Origin: Schizochytrium sp. TIO01
Taxonomy: Eukaryota > Protista > Bigyra: Labyrinthulomycetes
Assembly (NCBI GenBank): GCA_004764695.1
Contig: SMSO01000004.1
Coordinates: 992,001 to 1,056,000, forward strand
Reading direction: 5' to 3'
Length of the DNA: 64,000 nt
Within the stretch, counting starts at the first letter, position 1; the number at the start of each line of letters is the position of its first letter. Below, one piece after another: positions 1-12,333 of this stretch. The notes under the pieces were generated by a model. It searched no databases. It was not told where the DNA came from and saw nothing but the letters and a program-made list of their open reading frames with translations. The position numbers were made by a program, and so were the translations under genes.

Positions 1-1334
1 TTGTTGCAGAGTCGCTTAACTAAGAGAAATAGTGAATTAAAATATGCATACGTAAACATTCATGTACGAATCAACACTCAGAGCAGCAATAAACAAGACT
101 TTTCTTTCCTTTTCCTTTCAAATGGATTAAAACTATTGATGAGACCTAGAGAATAAAAAATGTGAAATGCCAGAACGTAAAAGGTTTATCGGTTCTTCTG
201 AATTTCAAAGTTGTAAATTAGGAAAGTTCATAAAAGTTAGCACGCAATCGATAAAATAGAGAATTCATAACTTAATGAATATGTAAACATTTATATCAAT
301 GTCTCAATACAAGGTGTCTCTTGAGAGCCTTACAAAAACAATCGGCCCCATGCATCTCGAAATTGCAAAGATTAAAGAGAACATTGGGGGTATACTCCAG
401 GAGCAGGGTAATAAAGATGATGCTCTCCAGTGCTCAAAATTTTCTGGGCGAGAATCGGAAAGATAGAAGAGTTAAAAGGAAAATACCACATAACATGCTG
501 CTGTTGAATGATTTGCTCAGGATTAACAGATTTTTACTACTATTTCACCTTCAGAATGATTTAGAATCAATTGATGGCCTCATGGTTAGATTTGATTAAT
601 AGACAGCGTTCGTAATTTTGATCCACAGCACTCAAAGATATATCTCAAACAAACAGAGGATTGTAATTCAGGAAGAAAAAACCAAGTGAAAAGTTAAGTC
701 ACATCAGTGGAGGTATAGGATTTAGTTTTTTTTTTTAAATCTTCAAGTTTAAAAAATTCCGGCTTAGTTGCTCATTTAATGAAAAATCCCGTCAGTAACA
801 AGCGACATTCGTACAAATAAGTCCGTTTTGATTTTATTTTTTAAATTGAAATCGTAGGTTGGTTGTAGTTTGTAGTTGCTTAGGTGGCGTGAAGAGGTAA
901 TCAGAATAGATGTTACTTGCTGCGCGTAGACCCTTTGACCCAAGGGCAGCGCGATCGTGACGATGGGCGTATAGGCCACTTAGCAAAGAACTAACGTTGC
1001 ATTCGTGGACATGCTCATCTTAAGCACAGTTCGCGATATTCGCAAACAGCCTTCAACGCACAAAAAAAGGCAAAGTGGTGATGAGGATTCAGGACTGGTA
1101 ATAATTGGCATGGATGTTGCTTTAGGTAGTGTGTATAGGTAATTTGAGAAAAATGAGGGGCTGGATGACATCAGAAAAAACAAGACTTCCAAGCCTCTAT
1201 GCACGTGAGCATATAGGGCGCCCAATGCTGTAGGCAAGCTCAAGTGCCTTGCTTGCAGCTCCACGCGCATTGACTAGCTTTTTCCAGGCCGAGCAAAATA
1301 AAGCCTCAGCCTGGCACAACTGTCTGTGAATTTT

Positions 1335-2150
1335 TTACTTTGTGATACTGTCAGCAGCACTGAAACGCTCTGCACGCTTACGCATCTTCTCTGCCTCTTC
1401 AGGTGAAACGACGGGTTGAGAAAATCTCTCAGCACGCTGCTTTTTCTTCTCTTCCTCCTCACGGGCAAGTTCCTGACGCTTACGTTTAGCTTCCTTGACT
1501 TTTTCGCGGCGTTCAATACGCTCGTGCTTCTTGACCTCGCGAATGAGATCAGGTGCAATGACCATGCCAAATCTCTCTGCACGCTTGCGCTTTTCTTCAA
1601 GGGCCTTGTGGTAGTTCACGCGGTCAAGCAACTCCTTAGCCTTACCTCCATCAACCTCTCCAAACCTCTGAGCCCTTTCTACAATTCGCTGCTCTTCCTC
1701 CGTAAGTTCGCCACCGTTCGTGAGCTTGGCCAGGTCATTCACACCAACCTTGCCACGCCTATTCTTTGCGGATTTATCAGCTCCGGAGTCCTCACTTGAG
1801 ATGCCGTTTGCAGCTGCGACTTTAGTCTCATCTGAAGATGGAGCTTCGCCGCCCAAAATATTAGACGCAGTGGAGCTTTCTGCGATCTTAGGCTCAACCT
1901 TCTTCGCGACGGGATCTTTGGCGATTTCCGCAGCTCGAGGCGCCGTTGCAGCTACTGCAGGCCTAGCCTTTACAGGCGAGGGCGCTGCGGCAGCAAGGTC
2001 GGGACCGTCGAGGAGGTTCTCCTCTTCAACAGCGTCTGCCAGCCTTTTCGCAAGGTCCGCCTTAAGACCGCTGGTATCCAAGTTGCGCTTCTCGAGCTCC
2101 TTGCGAAGGTCCGCGACCTTGAGTGCCTTCACCTCATCCACAGTCAGCAT
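1335..2150 (-). CDS. SARNP: SAP-domain ribonucleoprotein, SARNP/CIP29/THO1/MOS11 family (mRNA export, UAP56/Sub2 partner)
   Basis: ATG at 2150 (MLTVDE...). N-terminal SAP domain (LKVADLRKELEKRNLDTSGLKADLAKRL). C-terminal charged helices carry four RxxRF motifs (RAQRFG, RAERFG, RAERFS x2), typical of the Tho1/MOS11 C-terminus. The ORF-track start at 2189 is a non-ATG codon. Confidence 0.85.
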   Translation of the reverse strand: MLTVDEVKALKVADLRKELEKRNLDTSGLKADLAKRLADAVEEENLLDGPDLAAAAPSPVKARPAVAATAPRAAEIAKDPVAKKVEPKIAESSTASNILGGEAPSSDETKVAAANGISSEDSGADKSAKNRRGKVGVNDLAKLTNGGELTEEEQRIVERAQRFGEVDGGKAKELLDRVNYHKALEEKRKRAERFGMVIAPDLIREVKKHERIERREKVKEAKRKRQELAREEEEKKKQRAERFSQPVVSPEEAEKMRKRAERFSAADSITK

Positions 2151-5100
2151 CGTGACGGACGTTTCAAGCAAGCAGTTGCAACCTATCACGCTTCCGCAAG
2201 CTCACTACCGCTGCCTATAGTATTGACTCTCCTCTGAGCTGACTCCGTTGCTAATGTGGTGACTGTTGTCGATCTGCAAGTCAACGCGAGCGAAGGCAAA
2301 AACTCAATCGAAGAAGGGCATCGATGCTCTAATAAGCCTATCCAAGATATATTTATAAATAGGCAAGGAGTATTAAAATACGGCAGTAAGCTCTAACTGC
2401 CATTAACACGCTTCTACGTATTAATACGGCTAGTTTGTGCCACGGTTATTAGCTTTTTACTTCCCTACTTAGTACCTTCTAACTGATAATAGTTCCTCAT
2501 TGAGAGTACTGGTAGCACCAGATTCAACTTTCGCGTCTTTCATCAATGATCGCTTATTAGTGCAACTTGGCTGGTTAACAAGTTCACTGTACCAAAAAAG
2601 AGTTAAAGTATTAGCTAAGTGCCTATATTTGTTGGGTTGATTTTGATGAGCAGGTAATGTATGTGACCCCTCCTCACAACTTGTGTTCACACGATTGTTT
2701 TGAACGGTTGATGAAACTGATGCTGCTTGAAGTTTTAGAAATATGACTAATATAGCTTGACATAGGTCCTCCTCCGGGTAGGGTTCCCTGAAGCTGGAGT
2801 AGCCAATTGCTGAAACAAGTTTGTATCTTTTCATGGCTTATGGCAATGACTCAATAAGCAAAAACCTAACGCAACTTACTTTGTTCATTCGTCTGTGAAG
2901 AAGGGAGTAATACTTTCTCGAAGATCTTCATTAAGAAATGGAACAAACAGGTGAATGTCAGAACTTGTAAAGGACAGGGCTAGTTGCAGTACCAGCTGGG
3001 AGACACTCTAGGATACGATATGCTCGAGACATTAAATGTGCGAAATTTTTGGTGGTAGATTGAATTACAGTTGAATATACAGTAAAGCGTCAAGTGGCTT
3101 TATTGTCAACTTTGTTTTTGGTGTTTTGGTGCAAGAAGATCAAAGTACATAAAGGAAAAATATTCAAACGATGCAGGAAAGATAACTGTTTCTTGGTAGT
3201 CAACTAGCTTATCGAGAACCCAAGCTTGTTTCAAAGAGTGAAGCAATTAGCGAACGTTGGCTCAGAAATTCTACCAGCAATATGAGCAGCTCCGCCTCCT
3301 ACAGCCACCATTGGGCGATTTCACAGAATAAAATACAAAAGTAGTATAAGTTTTTGCGCTCATGAACCTTCTACAATCAAGCTCTTTGTTAGGCTCATGC
3401 CAATTGAAGGACCTACAGAAACGTCGTTGGCATACAATTGTATTTGTCCTGGTTAATTAGGGTACGTGCAGTCTAATGGGCTTAATAACCATGCTTGTGA
3501 AGCCAAACGTCTTCAACGCTAAAAGTATAGAGCGCTTCACACAAGGGAAAATGTGTTAGGAATGAGGGGAATCTGAGTTGATTTTATTTAAAAAATCAAT
3601 CTATTATTTACAGTTATTTGTGTAATTTAGATCAAGGCGGCCTTGGTCTACTAAATATAATACGAATCAGTCAACCACGGTATTCATCTTCGATTGCTAA
3701 CTCTTTGATCCTAGATTTACAATTCCTTTGGTAGTATTTTAAAGGTTTGCTAAGTAAATTGCCAGTCGATTTCTATCTGACCCGAGCGCAATATTCAACA
3801 CTCAGGTGTCGCGGACGCTTTCTCATAAGACGTTTGATGGAAATAAAGTGATCTAGTTGGAAACATGCATAAGGTAAATCTCTCAACTCCAATTCTTGAC
3901 AGTCTGAATCTAGATTTAGCGAGTAAATAAATTGCCGTTTGGGCCTGTTTATTGTAAATATTCAATAACCTACTACAAAGATAGCAGAATATCATGCATT
4001 GATGTAGGTGAGATGACAGACATGAGAATACATCGACAATGCCATCACAAATACACAATTTGAGATAGGCATGAACTTTCAGATCAAATGCTTTGAATAC
4101 TGTACGTTAGATAATACGTGTGTTTAGTGCTAACTCATATTGTGATGTGTTGTGAACAAATGAGTTATAGAGAAACTCTCATCAAGTGTTTTGTACTGAT
4201 ATCGGCAATCGGGAAAGCAAATAAATGTTACTCAATTGAAGTATTGGACAGTCTGTTCTGAGACTCATACTTTACTTGAAACATCAGGAAATGAATAATT
4301 AGGTTGACGTCTGATCCTTCTCAAGCGACAAAATCAGAAAGATGACTTAATTCTTATGTAATTTTTAGATTGTGTCCAGAAGAAACCAAAATTATAATAC
4401 TTAAAACCGAACTGGAATATCACTCTTTCAAGTCATGACCAAATCCGCCATGTTATAGATATATAATTTAACTCTAATCATTGCTAAACAATGTCAGCAA
4501 GTCTCTAACTCACAATTCGATACTCATGACTTTTATAAGTTACTAAAATCAAACTATACATCTAGGCTATATTTTGAATGGTCAAGCTCTTATTTGAAAA
4601 CAATTAGCTCTCAGAACTTTGGGCTGAACTGAGTAATGGAGTAATGTTGCCATTTGGGCTCTGAAGTGTACTAACCAAGGACAAATTGTGTTAGCTAAAG
4701 AATGACTTACAGAGAAGATTAAATTTCCTATACTATTGATGAGATATCACTTCAAGGGATATGCAAGACATGATTCGAAGCTTCAACACACTGCTGTGAG
4801 TCCTAGAGGCCTGAGACATATGAAGTAGCATAACTTAAGCAGTCAAACAGATGGTTTATCAGCGGAGGGATACAGAAATACAGGAGTTCACGGAAATCCC
4901 CTAAAAATCGAAAATCTGAGTTGATGATACAAAAAATGACAAAGCCTAGCTTCTCCACAATTGCGTGGAATACAGAGAATATTTTTGTTGTCTACCAATA
5001 CAGTACGAGTGAGTAAATCCACATCGGAACTTATCGTGCATGTCAGCAAAGCGTTAAGTCCTAAAACGTAAATTTAGAATGTTCTATCAAGTCTTATCCA

Positions 5101-5357
5101 GGTTTCAGGCGTCTTGCCAGCCAAGCTCTAGCTGGTCAACAACCTTTCGTCATGATATTGCAGTCTTGTTGGTTGTAGTTTTTCAAGATTGAATGTATAG
5201 TTTGGGGGTTTTCAGAGATTTACGTACATTCTATTTATCTAGATGATGGAATAGCTATTTGAATTTGCTGCCTCATTCAAAGGTTCGAGAAGTTTAGGCA
5301 CTTAGCTGTATATTAGTCCAATACTATCTATCTATCTTGCCAAGTAAAACGCGGCTT

Positions 5358-5845
5358 CTAGATAGTCAGTATGTTTCGAAGTTGCTCGCGTTCCGCTTCT
5401 GCAAACTTCCCAAAGTCAGATAGACTCATATCATCGGCGCGTTTAGCTGAACTGAGGTCGATGAACATAGGTTGTCCTGTGTCTTTGTGATGGATAACTC
5501 TGTTCTTGGTCAAATCACGGTGTAAAACATCATGATCGTCAATTTTGGCTAGAGGCTCAACACCCTGCTTCACAAACTCATCACTAAGAGTTGTCTCACT
5601 TGAAACGTCATCACCTGAATAAACAGTGCTAAGAGCGTAGATAAAAGTCTGCCTGAACAAACCAATATCGACAAACTCCAGGATACATTCACCCTGTAGC
5701 GAGGCAAATTCCTTGTAAATTGAAGCTTCATCTTGAAGTTCCTAGACCTGCTTTTGTTGCTTGAAGGTGCCCGAAATCTCCAATGCCGTGTCCGCATTGC
5801 CTGACTTCGCGCCGCTTGACCTGTGCGTCCGGCTGGTAGATTCAT
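5358..5845 (-). pseudogene. Decayed protein-kinase-like gene (resembles Crinkler-type/atypical kinase domains)
   Basis: Frame ending at 5358 reads LQDEASIYKEFASLQGECI...VLHRDLTKNRVI...PMFIDLSSAK (alphaC Glu, HRD catalytic loop, IDx Mg-binding motif). An in-frame TAG lies just upstream (~5742-5744). A Gly-loop-like AGRTGQA is in a different frame, implying a frameshift. Confidence 0.6.
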
Positions 5846-7422
5846 CTGGCCTTGGAGATTAATGACTTTCCATGTACAATCAGATCTTTAGCGAAAAAGA
5901 TGCCAACTGGTGGGTTACCTCCATTTACATGCTTTTTAAGTTTTGAGTTTTGCGTCGCACTGCAAGCCTCTTACAACTTTTTGTGACCTTGACAAAGACC
6001 GCCACGATGACCATCTGGACATGGTATAAGGATATCATCTATGCCGCCAAGTACTTTACCTTCATAGACAAACTAAAATACTAAGTGCAACGAACTGTAA
6101 TATACTGAGCTTTTTCTGATCTAAAATTCATCACAGTGTTGGAATAATTACTTCATAGCGCAGATTTAGATGGACGGGTGTCTGGGGCCCATCGAATTCC
6201 TTTGATGGATATTTCAGGATTCTCCTTCATTTGGAATGATGATAAAATTCTGAATTTCGACTAAAACTGATCCTGGATGACCTGGTTAGCTATCCCAGGT
6301 GTTGTTGATATTTGCTCAATAAAGACAAACTTTATAAATTCGAACTTCCAGACGCAACGTGATAGGGTGGATTGTACTATCTTATAGACCAAAGAACTTA
6401 CCAGGGTCTACACGATGATTTCCTACAGCGCTATAAACCGTGAGATTAATCAATCCACTAGAACAATCATTCCCACAACACTCATAATGAACAGTTTGTG
6501 CGTAATTTATAATGAAACGAACATGTGGAATACTCAAGCGATGACTCTGTACAGGCGATATATATGTTCGAAAATAGTACACATTTCCAAGTCATAAATA
6601 CGAGGTGATGTTTTCTTATGCCTTGGATCTCGGGATGGCATCTACCATCAAATACTGATGCGTTTCCCCAGTTCCGTTGAATGTAGTACGCCTGATACAT
6701 TTGATTCAGCATTTTAAGCCAATCTTCAATCTCACCCTAACGGAGATTTCATTTAAAGTGGATGCTATCTTTAGGCGATGAGTCCACGAAGCTGGTAACG
6801 CTGGTTTCCTCGAAGAAAATCAAACGTACTTTGACTAGCACATTCAAACTAAGATCTTGAAATAATATCTGTAATAAGATCACAGCCTGTTCTCAGTCTT
6901 GCATCTCTTGTACGATTGTGTGCTCATGATAAATGCAACCATGATAGTAAATTTTGGGGCAGAAAGGGAACTTCATAAACAAGCTCATTTAGAAATCATA
7001 AGAATGGTTCAATTGTGTTATCATAAGAATGACTGGTCTCTCCGGGAAACAATACGCATATTATACGATATCAGAGACCGCTGTGGTGGAAAACGAGCCA
7101 TACCCTCTTTGTTTTTAGTGTTTCTTTGTTAAGAAGAGTACTATCTAGTACCTCTTTATTATAACGCTTCCAAAGACTGGCAAGGAGAGAGCATGGAGTT
7201 TTCGGATTGCCACACAGGGTGCTCGGGGTGCTAGTGCATCACTCACCAAAGTCTAATACTTTAGTGGCGCAAGGAAAACAATTCATAGCGCTTTCAGATA
7301 CTATCAGCTGCATATGAACTTTGCAGCATGTCATAATTTGTGTTTGCAAAAGTCAGGTAGCCACCAAGACAAAGAGACGTGGCGGTCAATATAATCTCGC
7401 AAGATCAACTCTGACAGCATGA

Positions 7423-8556
7423 TTAAAAATAAGCACGGTCATGTGTTTGCAACCAGTATGCTTCTTGGCTAGTTGCCTGCCGTAGCTCGCGTGCCCATAG
7501 AGATGCTTCGTTTGAGGCAATTGGATCAGCTTCTCTTAAAAGTTCCGCACGACGTTCCGCCATGGCAAGAGCCGAGGCGTGCTGGCGTGCCTCAATCATG
7601 CATGGGCATGCTTGAGAAAGAAGTGAAGCCTCAGCATCCTCTTCCCGGGCATCTTGATAAAGCTTCCAAGCCTTGTGAAATGCCTCGCAGGCTTTCGAGG
7701 GTCGGCCTTGAGTCTTATAAAGGTATATAGCGAGAGCTTCATAAGCTTGCGCAAGCTCAAGACTAGACTCGGAAAGTCGAGCAATTTGTACTCTGTCCAT
7801 GAGATCAGATTCTACCTGGTTAACTTGCTTGTTACGTTGTCGGTGCGTGAGCATGACCGTGGAGCTAGACCCCGTAGAATCAGTCTCTTTGACTTCGTGT
7901 ACATCATGGAAAGACGAGGCAACACTTTGACCTGACCCAAGCTTGTTCAATCGGGCAAGCGTGGGGCGTTGATTCTCCCGAGGAGGATAAACAGCCTTGC
8001 TTACAACATGGGAGCAATCTTGCTCCATCTCAGCCTTGAGCAGATCCAAAAACCTCTCGTCATCGTCCTCGCTACCGTAGCAACCCTCATTTTCCATACC
8101 GTCGAGGGAGTTATCATCAAATGGAGAGGTAGACGCCGATGCCGAAACGGATGTTGACGAAGCTTGTGAAGCGGTGTCGAATAACTCGGGATGCCTACCA
8201 GGCCATGTGGATCTTCGTGCCGCTCCTGGCGTGCGTGGTTGCTTGGACTTATCGAGCGATGTGGTCTTGAATTCTGACGGGGCACTTTCACGCTGTTGAG
8301 AGCAACATGCTGTAAAATCATTCGCCATACTTTGTAGATCATTTACCACGCCGCCCCAGGTCGTCACAAACCAGGTTTTCATGTCACTAAAACCGCTACT
8401 GGTGCTCCTGTCGTTGTCGCCATTACTATCTTCGTTCTGTCTCCAGCCGCCTTTGCCGCCGCTGCCACTACTGTCAGGGCTTGCTGCAGCATTCCTCTTG
8501 TGAGGATAGACCCTATATGGGTCTGCATCGTTGCGGCTGTGAAAGCCTGGAATCAT
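7423..8556 (-). CDS. Hypothetical protein, 377 aa; Ser-rich disordered N-terminus, TPR-like helical C-terminus
   Basis: Long ATG-initiated ORF with coding-like codon use. AQAYEALAIYLYKTQGRPSKACEAFHKAWKLY fits a TPR-like pattern. Confidence 0.75.
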   Translation of the reverse strand: MIPGFHSRNDADPYRVYPHKRNAAASPDSSGSGGKGGWRQNEDSNGDNDRSTSSGFSDMKTWFVTTWGGVVNDLQSMANDFTACCSQQRESAPSEFKTTSLDKSKQPRTPGAARRSTWPGRHPELFDTASQASSTSVSASASTSPFDDNSLDGMENEGCYGSEDDDERFLDLLKAEMEQDCSHVVSKAVYPPRENQRPTLARLNKLGSGQSVASSFHDVHEVKETDSTGSSSTVMLTHRQRNKQVNQVESDLMDRVQIARLSESSLELAQAYEALAIYLYKTQGRPSKACEAFHKAWKLYQDAREEDAEASLLSQACPCMIEARQHASALAMAERRAELLREADPIASNEASLWARELRQATSQEAYWLQTHDRAYF

Positions 8557-10457
8557 TTCGTGTTTTGCTAAGGTTAAATTTGTCTCGTGCTACTATCGTT
8601 GTCTTCTTCTTTTCTTCTGCTGTTTTGCTTTTGTTAGATCAGACAGACCTACAGGTAGCAATTACTTCAAAGTCAGGAATCGAAGAGGTGCGCGTGAAGG
8701 ACCAAGCAAACAAGCCAAGAAGAAGAAAAAGAAGAAAACGAAGAAGCTTCACGGAATCAAATCAAATCCCCACTGCTGGACTTCAAAAGCTGACTAACGC
8801 AAGGGAACACGTTTGTGTCTCTCTTGCGCCTGATCGCTTCCCCGTAGCGGCCCCGAGGAGTCGGAGCTTCAAGCTGTGAAGGAAGACAGACCTAGACAGC
8901 CTTACACCTACTGCTAGTAGTTAGATATCCTTTCTCGTTGCGCGTATGTCTACCAGTTGCTACTACGATATGTATCCCAAGCTCCCTCAATGAAATCGGC
9001 CCGACTCTCCGTGTCGCGAGACAAAGCTGTACCTACCCAGGCTACTGCTTAAGTGGACGCTTTCTCTTCCTTTTTGACCTTGTTTGTCGCACGTTCACCA
9101 CGCCTGTCTCTGCAATTCCCAAGCGCTGCTGCGCTCGTAGTAGTAGGAGTGCACAACCAATCGAAGAGTAAGAGCCTTAAAAGAAAAAGAACAGAAGACG
9201 CGAGACACAGGGGGGGGGACAGAACACTTGAATCCCTCAGAAGAGTGCAAAAAGAACGAAACAGTGAAGGAAGAAAAGAAAGGAAGGAAGGAAGAAAGAA
9301 AAGAGTGTATGAAATGAGGAGCACTCCAAGATCAAAATTGGCACACAAAGCTACTGCTGTGCAACCAGACCGCCTCGAGGTTTGCAGGACTCGGCTGGGA
9401 ACACGATGCACAGCCGCGGACTTCGCTTTGGCTAGAGTTGGGAAAGAACCAACAGCAGGCTGGCTAGGGTTCTTGAGATCTTGCCGAAAAGAACACGGCC
9501 AGGCAGCCAGCAGCGAAGGCTTTGTTCACCACGCCCTCCTCTCCGCCGTTTCCTGTACCCTTCAAAAAACACTTGCTTGCTGTCGATTCTTCGCTCCTCT
9601 TGATGCCAAATTCCTCGTCTTCTACAGCTATTGTCAAGCACTGCGAGCCTCCCTCCACCTCGTAGAGGAGCACAACGGGGCCGTCAAATTGCAAGTGTCG
9701 TATTGTGTTGTTTTGTATTGTTCGAAGCACTCCACGTACCCAAGAACTCGCAGGTGGCTAGCAAGCAAGCAAAAAACTACGACGACGACGACGACCACCA
9801 GCAGCGGCAGAGAGGTCTCTCCGTCTCCTCGCGAGCTCAATGTCCTCTTCGCTGACGTGGATGCGGTCGTTGCCGCTCTTGGTCTCCTTGAATGTCCAAT
9901 GAATCGATGAAAATTGGATGCCTTTTGACCACCTTGAGAGGTCTCTTTGCCGCTCAAGCACGCGCTCTTAGGTCCTTGCGCTCTTGCTCGATCCCGATTC
10001 CCTTGCGCCTTCTGTCTGCGTCCGCCGATGGGCTATCCTCGGTGCCGCTCGCCCGGTCCTCCCGCTGCGTCTCTGTCCACGCGAGCGCGGCTGCTGTGCC
10101 AAGCAAGCAGGTGCCTCAGACGGACTCGAGTTGGCGATAGATCGGGATGGAGGGAGGGAGGGATCGCCAGAGAGCGAGAGCAGAACGCGGCGACTCGGCC
10201 CGAACGAAACGAGCAGCCGCGAGGGCGACAGTCGAACCGACCGCCGTGGCGCTGGGCCTCCGCAGCCCCGCGCCACAGGCAGCAGGGCGGGCCGGCAGAG
10301 CGAGGTTGGCGCCGTTCCCGCGATGGGAGACTGATGACAGAGCGACGAGGAGGCGCCGCCAATTGTTATTATTATTTATCAGTGGTATCAATCAATCACT
10401 CAATCAATCAATTGTTTTGAAAGCACCCTTTCTTTTCAAGATGGTACTTATATAAGC

Positions 10458-10493
<36 letters not shown>

Positions 10494-10500
10494 AAGAAAG
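10458..10500. repeat. (GA)n / (GAAA)n microsatellite
   Basis: Directly visible tandem GA units. Confidence 0.9.
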
Positions 10501-11437
10501 AGATGAAGGTTTTCGGTGAACGCTGTGGGTAAAGCTACTGCTAGGTAAACACCTATCGCAGATTCAGATTAAGTTTTGAGTTTTGAATTTTACAGTTCTC
10601 AACAACAAACTTTCCTCGATATATATATTTTAATTTGAAAGATGAAAGAAGGAAAGAAAGAAAGAAAGAAAGAAAAGTTGGTTGAACCAGAACCTCGCAG
10701 GTCTAACTTAGTTTTGGTTTTGGTTTGGGTATTGGTTCGTGTTTGTTTCACGGCGCGAAGTCGGGCTTGAGTGGTTTGGGTGTTTGATAGGCAAGTTCAG
10801 ATGTCTAAAAAAGCAGGGCGACGGCAGACTCAGCACTTTCGTCGCGGGCGAGCATTGTTAGCGTAGGTGCGAGACCACAGAGGGGTCGCCGAAGTATTCA
10901 TGAAACTCCAAGACATCGTCGAAGTTCTTCGAAGCTCGCAAAATCGATGGTTCTCTTAGCCATATTTCTTATTTAAAAATAAAATAAAATAAATAAATTA
11001 AAAAATGTTTAATTTAATCTAAAACATTAAAATAAAACTGAAAATTATTCGACAAACTGAGTTTGAAAACTAAACTTGAATGAGTGAATAAACAAATATT
11101 CTCCCGAACTTCGAAACTCAACTCTCAACCTTAAAAGAAAGACCACAGAGAAAGGAAGGAATCAGAGGAAGGGAGAACAAATGCGATCGCTCCCTCTTCG
11201 ACCTAGATCATCTCATTCTCTCTCGATCATTGAGAGATTGTTCTCCTGTTTTATTCTTCTTTCTTTTCTGTCTCGCCTGTGCCTGCCCAGCTCTACAATC
11301 GAAGCAAACTGCGGCCGTTGCTTTCTTATCTTCGACTCCCTCGCAGACTGAGGCGTAATTCTCTATTGAGGCGTAATACGCACTCTGCGATCAACAAGAT
11401 CTTCAAACCTCGCAAATGCCGTGTTTACACACACAAT

Positions 11438-11439
11438 GA

Positions 11440-11485
<46 letters not shown>
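11438..11485. repeat. (AAAG)n microsatellite
   Basis: Directly visible. Confidence 0.95.
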
Positions 11486-11486
<1 letters not shown>

Positions 11487-12102
11487 GGCTTAAATAAATA
11501 AATTCAATGTAACCTTCCGCAATTAGTTCTCTCTAGGGGCCGCTACATATTTACTTACTTACTTGTACTATTGCAAAAACTCAACTTCATGAACTTAAAG
11601 CAAATGCCATTATGCCATTCGGCGACTGCAATTCGATCTCTTTGTTCTCTTTTTTCGCCCCCTCTTCCAGTTCCGCAAAACACCGCACTGATTGTCCTAC
11701 TGATGCAGTAGGTGTGTCTATGGAAAGTGTGAACTAGAGTTTCCATTTTCTTCTTCCCTTTCCACTTTCTCTTTCTTTCTCAAGTTACTGAAGAAAAGAG
11801 CAATCATTCTAATTTTCATTCTTATTTTGTTTGTTTAACGCTAGTTTGTCTGAAAGAGAGATATTTATTTTAACTTTTAATTTAAAATGAAAAACAACGA
11901 AGCAACAAAACAACAAAAAAGAAGCAAACTTTTCTAAGAAAGAAAGAAAGAAAGACTTGAAGAAGTGGTGTTTTCTCTGTCGTTTTCTAATTTTAAGAGC
12001 AAAATGAACAAAAGTTTATTTACCGTGGCGCCTCTGGAATGAGTAAGTTGAGTTCTCAGCTTGCGCAAAACCAAGCTTCATGATGCCCCCAAGGAGGCGC
12101 TG

Positions 12103-12333
12103 CTATGCTATGCTATGCTTTGGTTTGGTTTGTTCTGTTTTGTTTTGGTTTGTTTTGTTTTGTTCTGTTCTGTTTTGGTTTGCTTTACTTTGTTTTATTT
12201 CATTTTGTTCTGTTTTGGTTTGGTTTGCTTTGTTCTGTTTTGGTTTGGTTTGTTTTGGTTTGTTTTGGTTTGTTTTGGTTTGTTTTGGTTTGTTTTGGTT
12301 TGCTTTGGTTTGCTTTGGTTTGCTTTGCTCTGC
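12103..12333. repeat. Compound pentanucleotide repeat (CTATG, TTTGG, TTTTG, TTCTG, CTTTG)
   Basis: About 230 bp of period-5 variants. It generates the spurious FGLVC/NQNKP ORFs. Confidence 0.9.

Noticed and set aside
9049-10455. Cluster of overlapping ORFs up to 285 aa
   Set aside because: GC-rich island with few stops, mostly non-ATG starts, low-complexity translations and no domain motifs. More likely promoter or leader sequence of the gene at 8556.
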